A model generated the notes under the pieces. It was given only the letters and a program-made list of their open reading frames with translations. It ran no database searches and was not told the DNA's origin. Position numbers and translations under genes: made by a program. A stretch of DNA of 64,000 nt. It comes from the human T2T-CHM13v2.0 reference genome, Homo sapiens. This document shows, piece by piece, positions 1 to 12,738 of this stretch. Numbering within the stretch: position 1 is the stretch's first letter; each line of letters starts with the position of its first letter. The DNA lies in NCBI RefSeq assembly GCF_009914755.1, contig NC_060945.1, one strand, 5' to 3'.

Positions 1-420
1 GTCACAGTTTGCTTACGTATTTTCTGGCACTTCTTTGCTATTGGCTGTGTCACTTTTACCCTTAACATTTCTGCAAAAATGTCTGCAGACATTTAGGGTC
101 AACATATTCAGATACAACCTTACCCAGAAGACCAAGAAAGAGACACCAAGAGAAACATTTATCTTAAAAACTCTTAAGGTAATTTGCCCTGATTTGCCTT
201 TGTACTGAATTGGGTCATATGCGTATTTTTGTTCTTACTTTTGGCAAAGAATCAGGCTATACTTAGAGTAATCACATCATACCTGAATCTGAAGACGAGA
301 CAGTAAACTTAGAGAAGTACTGAAGCCTTGGAAGCCTTGGATATATTGAATATGTTCTATCTTAGAAAGAAAAGGTGAGATAATGTATGCTGGCAGTCAA
401 CCAACAGCATATGCTCCTAA
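1..420 (-). mobile_element. Ancient MaLR LTR fragment (MLT1K/L-like)
   Basis: Decayed match to recalled MLT1 motifs (gaattgggtcatatgc...tggcaaagaat...cttagagtaatca). Boundaries approximate. Confidence 0.4.
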
Positions 421-684
421 TGAACAACTGGAGAGTCATTTAAGTTCAATGTTGGGGATTTTATTAGAAACTGTAAGATGAATACACAATTCATTTTCTC
501 TTTCCTTGTAAATTTGGACAATATTTGCTATATTCGCCTATATTTTGGCATAGAAATTTAGGTTCTAAGTATATAGTAGTGATGTAGCCTTCTTACAGGG
601 TCACATAGACCCACAATTAATAATTTTTAACACTCTTTTTATTCTCTCTGGTTGGCTAACATTAAAACAATCCACAGAAAACCC

Positions 685-845
685 CCAAGAGCTATGTATT
701 GAGGATGGCAAAACCACAGATGGGAAAATAATAAATCTTTGAATGACCCTGCAGGAAATCACAGATAGCATTCCTATTATTTAAGCAAGCAATAACTTTT
801 ATTGTTTTAAGAGTTGGAGGTTTAATTTTTTCAGCATTACTGTTA
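685..845 (+). mobile_element. Ancient MLT1 (I/J-like) LTR fragment
   Basis: gctatgtattgaggatggcaaaaccacagatgg...ctttgaatgacc resembles the MLT1I/J core. Confidence 0.4.
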
Positions 846-2559
846 CCACAATTATTACAGGAAATGAAACTAGTAAAAAAAAATAGAGGGAACAAAGTTT
901 ATTGACATCTATGAGGCATTTTCTTTCCCCTAATATTACATACTCTAGATTTTATTTCTGTACAAAATATATTCTCTATGTCTAGCCTAAAGAACTATGT
1001 CTTATTCATATTTATACTCTTCATAGATCAAAAGTGTGCTTAAAATACTGTACATTTAATGAGTTATTTTTGAATGTAAGCAACTTTGAATTCATCTTTG
1101 CATTTTTAATCTTATGTTGCTATTAAATGTATTATTAAATTCTACTAACACTTTCCTCAAAATAATTCTCAATATTTTGGTTTTTAATTTTTTACTGCCT
1201 TTGCATTCTCCTGGCAGAGACCCATTTCACCTCTTCTATAGATTATTTCATAAAGATTTTATAATCTGTATCATATATATTTACAATATTAAAAGTTATC
1301 TGTAGCACTCTCTCATTGTTGCTTATAGATTAGGTTTGCTTCTCTATGTACTATTCTGGTAGGCAGTGGTTAAATATACTGCTTTAAGCCTTTTCACAGT
1401 ACCTTCTATAATATCATCATGCACAGTTTTACGCACACAGCAGAAAATCAATGAAACATACTTAATTGACTAAAAATTGAAAAACATTGGTATATATGTA
1501 GGACAGATACTGATATTTTTATAAGCCCAACTCTGAAATGGTGATGCATAAAAAGTTGATAATTCCTTTTAGCAGAAACTATTAATAGTCATTTTTCAAC
1601 ATAATGCAAAATATATTTGAGATTGATAAATATTTTAGAACTCAAGTGTAAGAAAGCCATTAAGGGAATCCCACAATTTTCTTTGTTTCTAAAACCTAAT
1701 ATAATTTAAGATTATGAACAGCCTTCTTTCTCAGAAGAAAAACATATCACCAACCCACTACATAAAAAAAATGCATTATTCCAATCAATCTTGTTAATAT
1801 ACCATAGAATATTGAATTTTTTAAAAAAATTCAGAACTTTAAAAATAAATACTAACCATAATAGCTCAATTAAAATTATCTCTATATTCTTGGAGGTTTT
1901 CAAATGCCATATCTAAAAATAGGATATAGTAAGGTATATCGAGGGATAAACTAGCTGTTAAAAAATCATTGATTGAGACCTGTTATTATTGGCTAAGTAA
2001 ACTTCTCTTATCTTCCAAAACATGTTCCATTATTTCATAAGATCTAGAAATGATATCACGTTTGAAATTTGTTGAAATGTTTTCCTATTGACCTACTTAT
2101 AAATGGGTTATTTACATATTCAGGGTAATTACTTGTGCTTAAAACTGTTTTCAAGATAAATTTGAACTGTGTCATTGTTCATATAAAAGAAAGATGCTTC
2201 TTTTCAATTAATTTCTATTAGTTAATTCTACAAATTGTGTTTATTTCAATGGAGATTAAAGAATATAAAAAGAATAATGTTTCTGTTTTAGACTATATTA
2301 GTAAACCATTTGTGGGGTGGGGCAATGAGGATAAACTCCATCAAAGGAACATAAGTTAGAAAAGTTGTAACATAAACTTAGGTTATAAGTCTGAATTACC
2401 CTAGACAGTTAGTCTATGGAATATGCGACTGTATACAGCCTCAGCTGGAAGCACTGCCCTTAAGCAAAGACCATGAAAGAGATGCTGAAATAATTATTCA
2501 GGCAGAAATTTAGTATGATATTTCTTTGGGAATGTTCTCCGATAGTTGGAAGTCAAAAT

Positions 2560-2940
2560 AACAAGTAATTCTCACTTCCATTCTTTGTCTTCTCGATATA
2601 CATCCCTATATCTTGCAAGGCATTTAGCAAATTAAAGTACATTTACCAGCCTCCTTGCACTTTGATGAGGCAATGTAACTAATTTTTGGACGATAACGTG
2701 TGAACAGAAGCAATAATTGCAGCATCTAAAAGAAATGTGTGTGACCTTTTACCCCTGTTACCATGCTTTAGAATTCATAGCTGCTTTCAGCTACTTTATA
2801 TATAAAATAAGCATATAAAAGCAACAAAATAAATCAACATCATAGAGCTATCGTGACATCACTGGACTTCTCCTAAAAGTTTTACATGAAAAATATGTGA
2901 ATTATTTCAAGCTGCTCTACTTGTTTTTCATAGACTGTGT
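2560..2940 (+). mobile_element. Ancient MLT1-type LTR
   Basis: catttaccagcctccttgcac...gcaatgtaactaatttttgga...gaacagaagcaat matches the recalled MLT1I/J/K block. Confidence 0.5.
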
Positions 2941-3294
2941 CATTAATTAATTTTTTATGTATCACTAAAAAGCATTTTTAAGTGCCTCTAAATTATGGCA
3001 CACTGCTAAATATTTTCTAGATGCCTCAAAAAAGTTTTTATATGCAGTAATTTTGTTTTACATATACATGCACACTTACTGATTTCAAGTTTTTTCAACT
3101 TTCATACGAAATTGAAAGTTGAAAAGGCACATGAAATGTCTTTTTGAAATTCCTAACACAATTTAATTTTTTTTTACATTTAGGTTTACCATATTGTTTT
3201 AACAAAATGCTCTGTATTTATTCTAATATTTTAAAAACTTTAGGAATAAATTAATATTTTGGATTGTTCTACAGTATTGTATCCTGAACTGGAA

Positions 3295-3590
3295 CTTTTT
3301 TTACTGATTTATTAATTGAAATATGAAATATGATATGCACATGCGAAAGACACAGATCTTGAGCATATAGCATTAAACATTTTTAGAATGTAAAATACTA
3401 ATGTCATCACAACCTACATGAATATGAATTGAGTATTACTAGAATCCAGGAGTCTCTGTTGTGAACCTCCAATCATTACTATAGGCAACCACTGTTCTTA
3501 CTTTTATCTTTATAAATTACATTTGCTTGACATTGAACTTCATAGAAATTGAACCATACAATAGATATTAATTTCAATCTGGTTCAAAAA
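3295..3590 (-). mobile_element. Old L1M (L1MD/ME-like) 3' end fragment
   Basis: ggcaaccactgttcttactttt...ttgaacttcatagaaattgaaccatacaata is typical antisense L1M 3'UTR. Confidence 0.6.
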
Positions 3591-3619
3591 AACACAACCA
3601 ACAGCATGGGTGTCAGTGT

Positions 3620-3960
3620 GATATTCTGGGCTGCTTCTCAGCTGAATCAATGGTGCTGACAGCTGCAATAGCAACAGAAGTGTCTTCAGAAGTTTTACTG
3701 AGAGTTTGGAGTCCAGAGTTTCTGCCTAACAGCAGCTGCACTCAAATAGGGCCAATGGTCAGTCTGGAATCATGGGACCCAGAATGCACCACCTTCCCCT
3801 ACTCATTTTCCACAGTTAAGGATGGAAGTGGCTTCCTTCATTTGCTCATCATCTGGAGTAGCAGGCCCCTTTTGCTCCTTCAGTGTTTCTAACATTGTTG
3901 TAACCACGCCCCCAACCCCTGTATTGTATTGTCTATGCTTTAAAAACTATTTTGTGGACT
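3620..3960 (+). mobile_element. ERVL LTR fragment (LTR33-like)
   Basis: ggatggaagtggcttccttcatttgct...cccttttgctccttcag...tgtaacca...cctgtatt matches the recalled LTR33 3' half. Confidence 0.55.
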
Positions 3961-4070
3961 TGAATAAAATTTATTTTCCCATTCCTGATATAAAATAATT
4001 GGGTCATTCTTTACTCATGTATCAGTTCAAATTTCTAAGACTCTATTTATCTCTTCTCCTCAATAATGTT

Positions 4071-4373
4071 TCTTTTTTCTTTTGCTTTTTTTTAGACAGG
4101 GTCTTGTGCTCTCACCCAGGCTGGAGTGCAGTGGCTGGAACACAGCTCACTACAGCCTTGACCTCTTGAATTCAAGTGATCCTCACACTTCAGCCTCCAG
4201 AGTAGCTTTGATGACAGGTGTGTGCCACTAGGCCCAGCTACTTTTCTTTACTTTTTGTAGAGACATGGTCTTGCCATATTACCCAGGCTAGTCTCAGATC
4301 CCTGGGCTCAAGTATCCTCCTGCCTCCACCTCCCAAAGTGCTGGGATTATAGGCGTAAACCACCATGCCCAGC
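4071..4373 (-). mobile_element. AluJ SINE
   Basis: Full dimeric Alu with J-type features (cagccttgacctc, cctgggctcaag). Probable TSD TAATGTTT(T)CT at 4064-4073 and 4374-4384. Confidence 0.92.
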
Positions 4374-4403
4374 TAATGTTTTCTATTTACCATAGCTTTT
4401 TGC

Positions 4404-4472
4404 ATATATATGTTATTATATATGTTATATATATATATATAATATAGTATGGATGTGTATATACTATATTAT
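4404..4472. repeat. (TA)n-rich low-complexity repeat
   Basis: Seen directly. Confidence 0.8.
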
Positions 4473-4954
4473 TAACAATTAGATCTAAAATATAGAAAGA
4501 ATTTTAATACCTTTATTTTCTGTACCTTCATAGTTAATCTCATATTTTCCAAATCTGTTAATGTGGCACTGGTCAGAGTTATAGCTCCAAAGAATGAGCA
4601 TCTGCTTAGTCTCATAACCAGGACCCAACCTGCAACATTAGTGTTACAAATTAATTCCTAATTCCAGTCTCACTCTTTCATCACCAGTTCTATCTCTGAA
4701 CACTTACTAATCCCAATTATTTTAAAGCAAGTTGCTTAACCTGCTGTGGCAGTTTTCCCCTCTCCTTCAACTTTCTCTCTCTTTTTTTTCTCCTAATAAT
4801 ACCTGCCAAGTAAGAATCCCTTTCATTACATACATCAAATAGCCACTTATTCCAACAATTTTATTCAACCTAAGTATTCAACCTAAGGGCTTAGATTCAT
4901 GGTCTGTCCTTACAATGCCGTTCCATCTTTTTAAAGCTAATTGCAATGCACCTA

Positions 4955-5566
4955 GTCATTTTTATTGCACACTATGTATGATAGCCAAGATACAGAATAA
5001 GCCTAAGTGTCTGGCAACAGATGAATGCATAAAGAAAATGCACTATCTGTATACAATGAAGTACTCTGTAGCCATAAAAAATAAAATCTTGCCATTTATG
5101 ACAATATGGATGAATCTAGAGGACATCGTGGTAAGTGAAATAAGCCAGACACAGAAAGACAAGTACAGCATGATCTCTCTCATAAGTGGAGTCTAAAAAA
5201 AAAAGAAAATACAAACATTTAAAAAAGTTAATAGCATAGAAGCAGAGAGTAGAAAAATGTTACCAGAGACTAAAGAAGGATGAGGAAACTTTGATTGATG
5301 GTATAAAATTACAACTAGATAAGAGCAATAAATTCTGGTGTTCTGTTGCATGTAGAGCAAGTATGGTTAACAGTGAAATATCGTATATTACAAAATAGCT
5401 TGAAGAGTTGTCTTCGAATGTTCTCACCACAAAGAAGTGATAAATATGTAAGATAATAGATTCACTCTGAATGGATCATTATACAACATGGATAGGTATC
5501 CAGGTATCAAATTGTACCCCATGAATATGTACAATTATTACATGTCAATTAATAAATAAATAATAA
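4955..5566 (+). mobile_element. L1MA (L1MA6/7-like) 3' end
   Basis: ORF 4915-5196 contains L1 ORF2p C-terminal remnants (IAKIQNKPKC...IKKM...WMNLEDIVVSEISQTQKDKY), followed by an L1MA 3'UTR and an aataaa-rich tail. Confidence 0.88.
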
Positions 5567-7260
5567 GACCACTAGATTTAATCAAGAGACTCTTATTGAC
5601 TTGTTCTCATTTTAGAGTTTTAAAACTAGTCTGCCCTATTGCAAACTACCTATTTTTAAAACTACTCTTCTCCTGCACAAAAATCTCTCAAAGTCTCCTT
5701 TCTCCTGAAAGAAAAATGACCTATTTAATTTACAAATATTTCAAAAATTAGTACACAACATTTTATATATGAAAATAATGCTGTAGACTGACTTGCAAAT
5801 AACATTCTAAGATTCCCATTACCTTTAAGAGGAGTCAGCTGTCATTTTGGAAAAATTAAGATTTCAACAATTTTACACATATTATGAAAATATTTTTGAT
5901 AATGAAAAATGCTCAATCTTAAATAGTGTAAATAAGTAAATAGAGAGGTAAAATAAAGAGCTTAATGTTTATGTGATATTGAGAAAAAATCTTTTTTAAA
6001 AATAAAATACAGATTAAAATACAACTTTGTGCTTTAACTGAAGGGTGTCCCTACTCCCTGATGCATTTGAGACTGTCACAAACCTGAACCCATTTGGACA
6101 ATACATCAAATAATCATTTTGCATCATTTCACTATTGGGGAAATGATAACTTCTTACATTAAATGAAAAAAACTGAAAAAGTAGTATTACTTTGTCTTTT
6201 AAGTGGCGAGATAGGGTTGATATGATGCTGAAGTACAAACAGTAAGGACTAAGTGAGGATGGAGGATATATGAATAAATGTATCAAAAGTCAAGAGAAAT
6301 GATAAAACAGACAATTCTGGGGAACAGTAGTAGAAGCTATGCATGGAATATGGTTAGACAGACAGTGATATTTACTTTTGAGTTTTGCTTATATATTTCT
6401 AACATTTCTTGATAGGACTGGCATTCTAACAGTTATTCTTATTGTTATAAATTCTTTTAAAAATACTTTTTCTCCAAACATCTCAGTTCAAATTATAGAG
6501 TTAAAGGAAACTACAGTCATAAAATAAAATATTAATTATTTCAAAAGAAAAAGAGAAAAATTTGTACACTTAATTTAAAATTGTTTTCAGTCTTATTTTT
6601 GCAAGCAATTTACCAATAGATTTGTAATGAACAGTAATGTTGAATGGGTATTGAAGCTATTGAAATAGAGAAGTAAGTCAGTTTTTCATTATGCTGTGAG
6701 TGATGTCCTGAAACACATTAACTTGGTATTTTATCTATTGTTTAATATCATTCCCCATGAATTACATATAATGGTAATAGATTAATATCTTTGGAAGTAC
6801 TGTAATAATTATATAATTCAGCCAGGAATTACCTTGTTCATTTGCTAACATTGTTATATTCTTTCAAAAGCAAACAGCAAAAATAATTTTCAACTGACAT
6901 ACATATGGAATACTTACTCTTCAACTATCTCAAAATGCCCAGATTTTCTCAATAACTCTCCTATTGATTTAATTATAGGCATTAGAAATGAGTATTCTAG
7001 TACAAGAATAAATAGTGTTGTCTCTCCTTCATCCCCCAGTACTCCTAAATATTTACTAAAAATCTCAATGCTAATCAATAGTGGAACTATTTGGTGCCTA
7101 ATGATGGCATTCCATTCCTTCCTTGAAGTCCAACACACAGAGTAATAGAAATCTCATGAACGTGATTGTGTGAGGTTGCTCATAATACTTGGATCTATAG
7201 AGAGAATCACTTAACAGACATCAGTTGAATCAGAAACTACTTCTCATTTCATTGAGTTCT

Positions 7261-8160
7261 ATGTAGTCCTCAACCTTTGTGGCACCAGGGACTGGTTTTG
7301 TGGAAGACAATATTTCCACGGACAGGGGAGCAGACGATGGTTTCAGGATTGTAATGGTTAATAATAGGTGTCAACTTAATTGGATTGAAGGATGCCTAGA
7401 TAATTGGTAAAGAATAGTTTCTGGGTGTGTCAGTGAGGGTGTTGCTGGAGGAGATTAACATTTGAGTCGGACTGGTAGAGGAAGACCCATCCTCAAGGTG
7501 GGTGGACACCATCCAATTGACTGTCAGCTTGGCTAGAACAAAGCTGGTGGAAGAAGGTGGGATAAGCTGACTTAACGAGTCTTCTGGCTTTCATCATTGC
7601 ACTGTGCTGGATGCTTCCTGCCCTTGGACATCAGACTCTAGGTTCTTTAGGCTTTGAACACTGGAACTTACAGCAGTGGTTTTCCAGGGGCTTTCAGGTC
7701 CTTGGCCACAGACTAAATGTTGCACTGCCAGCTTTCCTACTTTTGAGGCTTTTGTAGTTGAACTAAGCCTTTGTTGGCTTCCTTGCCCCTCAGCTTGCAG
7801 ACAGCCTATCATGGGACTTCACCTTGTGATCGTATAGTCAATTCTCATTAATAAACTCCTTTTCATATATACATATATCTTATAAGTTCTGTCCCTCTAG
7901 AGAACCCTGACTAATACAGGGATGAAACTGTTCCACCTCAGATCATTTGGCATTAGATTCTCATGAGGTATGCACAACCTAGATCCCTTGCATGCTCAGT
8001 TCATAATAGGGTTCACATTCCTATAAGGATCTAATGCTGTAGCTGATTCGACAGGAGGAAGAGCTCAGGTGGTAATGCTCACTCACCTGCCGCTCACCTC
8101 CTGCTGTATGATCTGATTCCTAACAAGCCATAGCTCATTACCAAGGGTTGAGGACCACTG
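7261..8160 (-). mobile_element. MER1B hAT-Charlie DNA transposon, split by an MLT2A LTR
   Basis: Terminal inverted repeats gtagtcctcaacc / ggttgaggaccac. The body (ggcaccagggactggttttgtggaagac...gatgaaactgttccacctcagatc) is contiguous once 7350-7918 and one TSD copy are removed. Strand relative to consensus is tentative. Confidence 0.88.
7350..7918 (+). mobile_element. MLT2A2-like ERVL solo LTR
   Basis: TG...CA termini (tgtaatggttaata...gaaccctgactaataca), aataaa poly(A) signal, 5-bp TSD AGGAT (7345-7349) / GGGAT (7919-7923). Confidence 0.9.
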
Positions 8161-8613
8161 TGTTAAAAGATAAACTAAGGCACAATAAAATTTTAAATAT
8201 GTTATTTAAACAATGATTTATGACTCAGGCAGCTCCAAACCATAAAAGTGGCTTAAGAGCGCCACTGACGGAGCACAGGCGGAGGCTTTTAGAGGACAGG
8301 CACAGAAGAAAACTAAAGATAATATTTGACTATTTATAGTTGTACAGTTATTTGTACCTTATTTGGTACCAAAGTTGCACGTTATTAGGTCTATCCCACT
8401 GGAAAGTCTTCAGTTATATGATTATGTGTGTTGGCTACTTCTGATTGGTTGAACTTAAGTTCTGTTTTTCTTTAATATAGAAATTGATAAGAATGGCTCA
8501 AGTTTCCCTTATATCTGTAGATCAAACAAGGTTTAGATCACTTATGATGCCTAACTGGTTTTGTCTGCTCAGAAATTCTTCAGGCCTGGACTCCATTTTA
8601 ATTTACTTTAATG
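8161..8613 (-). mobile_element. MER57-family ERV1 solo LTR
   Basis: Reverse complement reads ttaaagtaaattaaaatggagtccaggcctgaagaat...ccaatcagaagtagcc...ttttaaca, matching recalled MER57 (D/E-like) LTRs. Confidence 0.75.
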
Positions 8614-9003
8614 ATTGTTACTTTAAATTTGGATTAAACAGTGGATTCATATGTACTGAGTGAAAAAAATGGAAATAGATGTTATAAAATTTATTTGAAA
8701 TCATTCAGCCAGGATGTTTTAAACAGCATAAATTAGCAGAATTACCAAAAACACATTTTGAAAAAACCTTGAAGCAATTTTAATGTATTGCAAAATGTGA
8801 AGGAGACTAGTAGGACAAAAACTTAAAGGTTGAGTTTGAGATATGATGCAGGGTTTTTTGCTCCTTAGCCCAGCTAGGCCTAAGTTCTGAAGAAGTAGGC
8901 ACATGGACACTCAAAGAGTAAGTGTAGTAGAATTTATTTAGTGAAAGGAAAGCTCTCAGCAAAGAGAGGGGTCCTGACATCAAGTTCTTGGTTGCCCCCT
9001 TAA

Positions 9004-9310
<307 letters not shown>

Positions 9311-9488
9311 AACAAGGACATTTTTATACAAGCTGATAGGGCTGTGAATTCCTGGTTGTATGAGAAGTGAATTCCTGGTTGCTCCACTCCATCTTTCCAG
9401 TGAGTTATGTGGGCCCTTAGTCTGTGCCACTCCATATTGATTTATTTTCCTTAATGCACATATGTTAAGGAATGAAATTTTCCACTAT

Positions 9489-9508
9489 GGGCATGTTTAG
9501 GCAAGCTC
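9489..9508. promoter_or_regulatory. p53 response element (full consensus, no spacer)
   Basis: GGGCATGTTT|AGGCAAGCTC = RRRCWWGYYY x2 with 20/20 match, inside a MER61-type LTR. This family is known to carry p53 sites. Confidence 0.75.
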
Positions 9509-9769
9509 CCTTAGCAAGTACCCTTATCCGCACAAAATATTTGGTATAAACACCTGGGGGTGGGTAGGAGGTTCTCCAGGGGACCCTTTCCTGACTGTCT
9601 CCCTAAAGCAAGTTGGCTGACTCCTTTCATTCCTCCCTTCAGGAGTGGAGACCCCAAATTCTGTTGGGGAAAGTGTACAACGACTGCTCTTAACTGCTTC
9701 CTGCTGACAAGGGTTGCTGTTTTGGGAAAGTGGCAGTTAAGGCTCCTCCTGAGGTCAGTTTAAGGGTCC

Positions 9770-9840
9770 CCAAAGAGAACAGTGTGTTCATGAGTGGTTC
9801 TGTTTGCATCACCATTTGAAGTTGAATGGCCTTTAAGAAA
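9770..9840 (-). pseudogene. ERV env TM cytoplasmic-tail remnant
   Basis: ORF 9690-9983 contains KAIQLQMVMQTEP, similar to the gamma-type env tail motif (AVKLQMVLQMEP), just upstream of the PPT/3' LTR. Confidence 0.6.
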
Positions 9841-12373
9841 AAATTTGGGTTATTAGAAGACATATTCAGAATGAAACAAAGGGATAAGGACAGCTCAAAA
9901 CAAAACAAAACAAAAATCTCAAGGCTGCCAATACAGCCAGATAACTCGTGGCTATAGTTATGCCTGCTAAGGTTTGTATTCATGGGGCTTGGCTTTGATT
10001 AGCTCCCTTGGTCTTATTTTCCCAAACAAAGAAATCTCTGGGTTATGGGCACCTATTTACTCCGATCACCTGGAAGGATTTGCAGGATAATTGTTCAGAA
10101 TTAAAATATTGATCCAGATTTTTTATATTACTCATCCCTTTGGTTCTTTTGAGCTGCAGCTGTACATTGCTGGTTGGTCCACAGGAATAAGCAGGGTAGT
10201 CTAAAATGTAGACAAAAACTTAAAAACAACTAATGGGATTATAATGTAATGACAAATGTAGAGTAAGTTTTGAAACATAATTTCTCTCTCTCCAGTCCTC
10301 ATTTTTGCCAAAAACAAATCATGATAGGACTCAGTTGTTTGAAAAACAAACTTTAGCCTTATACTTGTCTTATTTGCATAAAGTGCAAAAAGAATAATTA
10401 TTTTTCCCATAGGCTTTTAAATTGGCTTTGATGGAACTCTGTTCCATAAGGAATCTCAGTTAAGACCTTTTAAGGCCAAGCCCAGTCATGGGTTTCCACC
10501 CTCAAATATCTACGAGTTTGGTAAATCATTCTCTTCTTGATGTCTCAAGAACAAGCTTTTTAACAGGCCCAAGAGCTTTTTAACAGGCTCCTAGGCCTGT
10601 TAAAAAGTGACATGCTTTACTTCCCACGGGTTAGGAACCTTGTACAAGGACTGTGTTGACAAGGTATGTAGCCAGTTTTCCCAAGAGACTTTTATTGGCA
10701 AGTCCAGCTTAATTACTTAAAGGAACATATACCCTTCCAGTAAAAGCCTTGGTAAAACCACCAGTTTCTTCAATTGTGTCCTGTTGCAAAAGAAAATGTA
10801 TTCTTATTGCACTGATGAAAATAACTGTATTGCCATAAATTAAATATTCTCACAAATAGTTTCCAAATTCTGGCAAACCCAGGCAGAGAGAAACAAACGT
10901 CCTTCAAATTTTGTTCACAGGAGTATAGTTTACTCAATTATTAAAGGCTTTAAATAATTCAAAATAAGTATCCTTGACTCAGAAAAACAAAGCAAGGAAA
11001 GTTTTAAGCAAAAAGGTTAAAAATAATACTTGTTTTCTATTAGTTCAATCCATTCTGTTCTCTTGTTCTGCTAGATATTCATGAACATTTCAGTTCTTCA
11101 TGAGTACTGTATTTTTTTCAATGTCATAATCTCCAGAGTTAATGGAATCTTGCATTTGAGAACACTTGTCAAAATCCTATAGCTGATTATAAATCATCTT
11201 TTGAGTAGGATCAAAACAAGACATTTGTCTGTGAATGATGAAATGTCTAAGGTAGTTACTGTCAAGAATACAAATGACAAAGAAATTTAGTCATTTCTAG
11301 GGTTTACAATAACTAAACATAATAACCTTAATTATGATTGATAGCATATACTCAGACATTAGAATTTTAGAAATCTCATATAATTTTGAAACATATTAAT
11401 ATTATTCACTAAAATATAACCTAAAGCAGATTAAATATAACTTTGGAAATACCATATAACTAAACATTTCAAAAAAACCAGTTTTCTTCTCTTTTGGATG
11501 TTCCAGGGACCAGGAAAGACAATTTTGAAACTGAAGTTTGATTTTGGGAAGCCTGTTAAATATGTTAGAGGTTCAAAGCACTTGATATTATAAAATAGAA
11601 TTCCAAGTTACCATATGTCATTTATTTTAACCAAAATGATGACTCAAACATTTTAAAACAACACAAAAGCATATTCACAGGTAGAGGGAAAACTTAGCTT
11701 TCCAAATGATCTGTCGTTAATTTTACAGGGAAATCCTGTTCAAGTGAAAGCCTAATTTCATCCTTGCATTAGTCTACTGTTGATGTCAACCCCAATTTTT
11801 TTAATGAAAACTTATAGATATTATATCTAATCTTATCTAGTTTGACCATGAGGTGAGATTTTTTTAAACTTTTATAACCCTTTACAAATTGTTGTTAAAG
11901 AGCAGATCAGTGCCTTTAGAAAAGCTTGTTGTGCTTTTATTTCAATGCTCAATTTACAAAAACAAAATACTTTTTTGAAATTAGTCAATATGTTCACACA
12001 ATTTCTTTTGCAAGATTAATTTTTACAAACTTTTCACCATTTGTTTAAACCCTCAGCTTTATCTTATCTAATTCAAAACAATCCTTTAACCCAAGGCAAA
12101 AATTTACATTTTCATGCTTTCTTATAATCTTTTACTAAAAACATATTTTACTTTCCTTACTTACCTTATATATAAATCTATTTTCATTGTCTCGATTACA
12201 GGTTATTATGGTAACTCTTAGCAATTTTTAACTTTAATGTACAACCTGGCAAGTTGCTTTAATTATGTAGTAGTAGGCATAAATAAAATCTGATTCCTTT
12301 CTGCATAATTAAGGGTGTGGTTAATTCCATATGTCCCTGGACTTATTAATTGTGAAGCAGGCAAATTGAATAG

Positions 12374-12738
12374 TGTATTAGTCAATTTTCATGCTGCTGA
12401 TAAAGACAATCTTGAGACTGGGCAATTTACAAAAGAAAGAGGTTTAATTGGACTTACAGTTCCACATGGCTGAGGAGGCCTCACAATCATGGCAGAAGGT
12501 AAGGGGGAGCAAGTGACATCTTATGTGGATGGTGGCAAACCAAAAAAGAGAGCTTGTGCAGAGAAACTCTCATTTTTAAAACCATCAGATCCATGAAACC
12601 CATTACTATCATGAGAACACATAAAAAGACCCACCCTCATGATTCAATCATCTCCCACTGGGTCCCTGCCACAACACATGGAAATTACAGGAGCTACAAG
12701 ATGAGATTTGGGTGGGGACACAGAGCCAAACTTTATCA
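12374..12738 (-). mobile_element. THE1B solo LTR inside the MER61 internal region
   Basis: Matches the recalled THE1B consensus. TG/CA ends. Perfect 5-bp TSD AATAG (12369-12373, 12739-12743). Confidence 0.93.

Noticed and set aside
89-178. 90-nt open plus-strand exon-like segment (cAG...AAG|GTaatt)
   Set aside because: It appears to lie in a decayed MLT1 LTR, the peptide is unrecognised and there are no partner exons.
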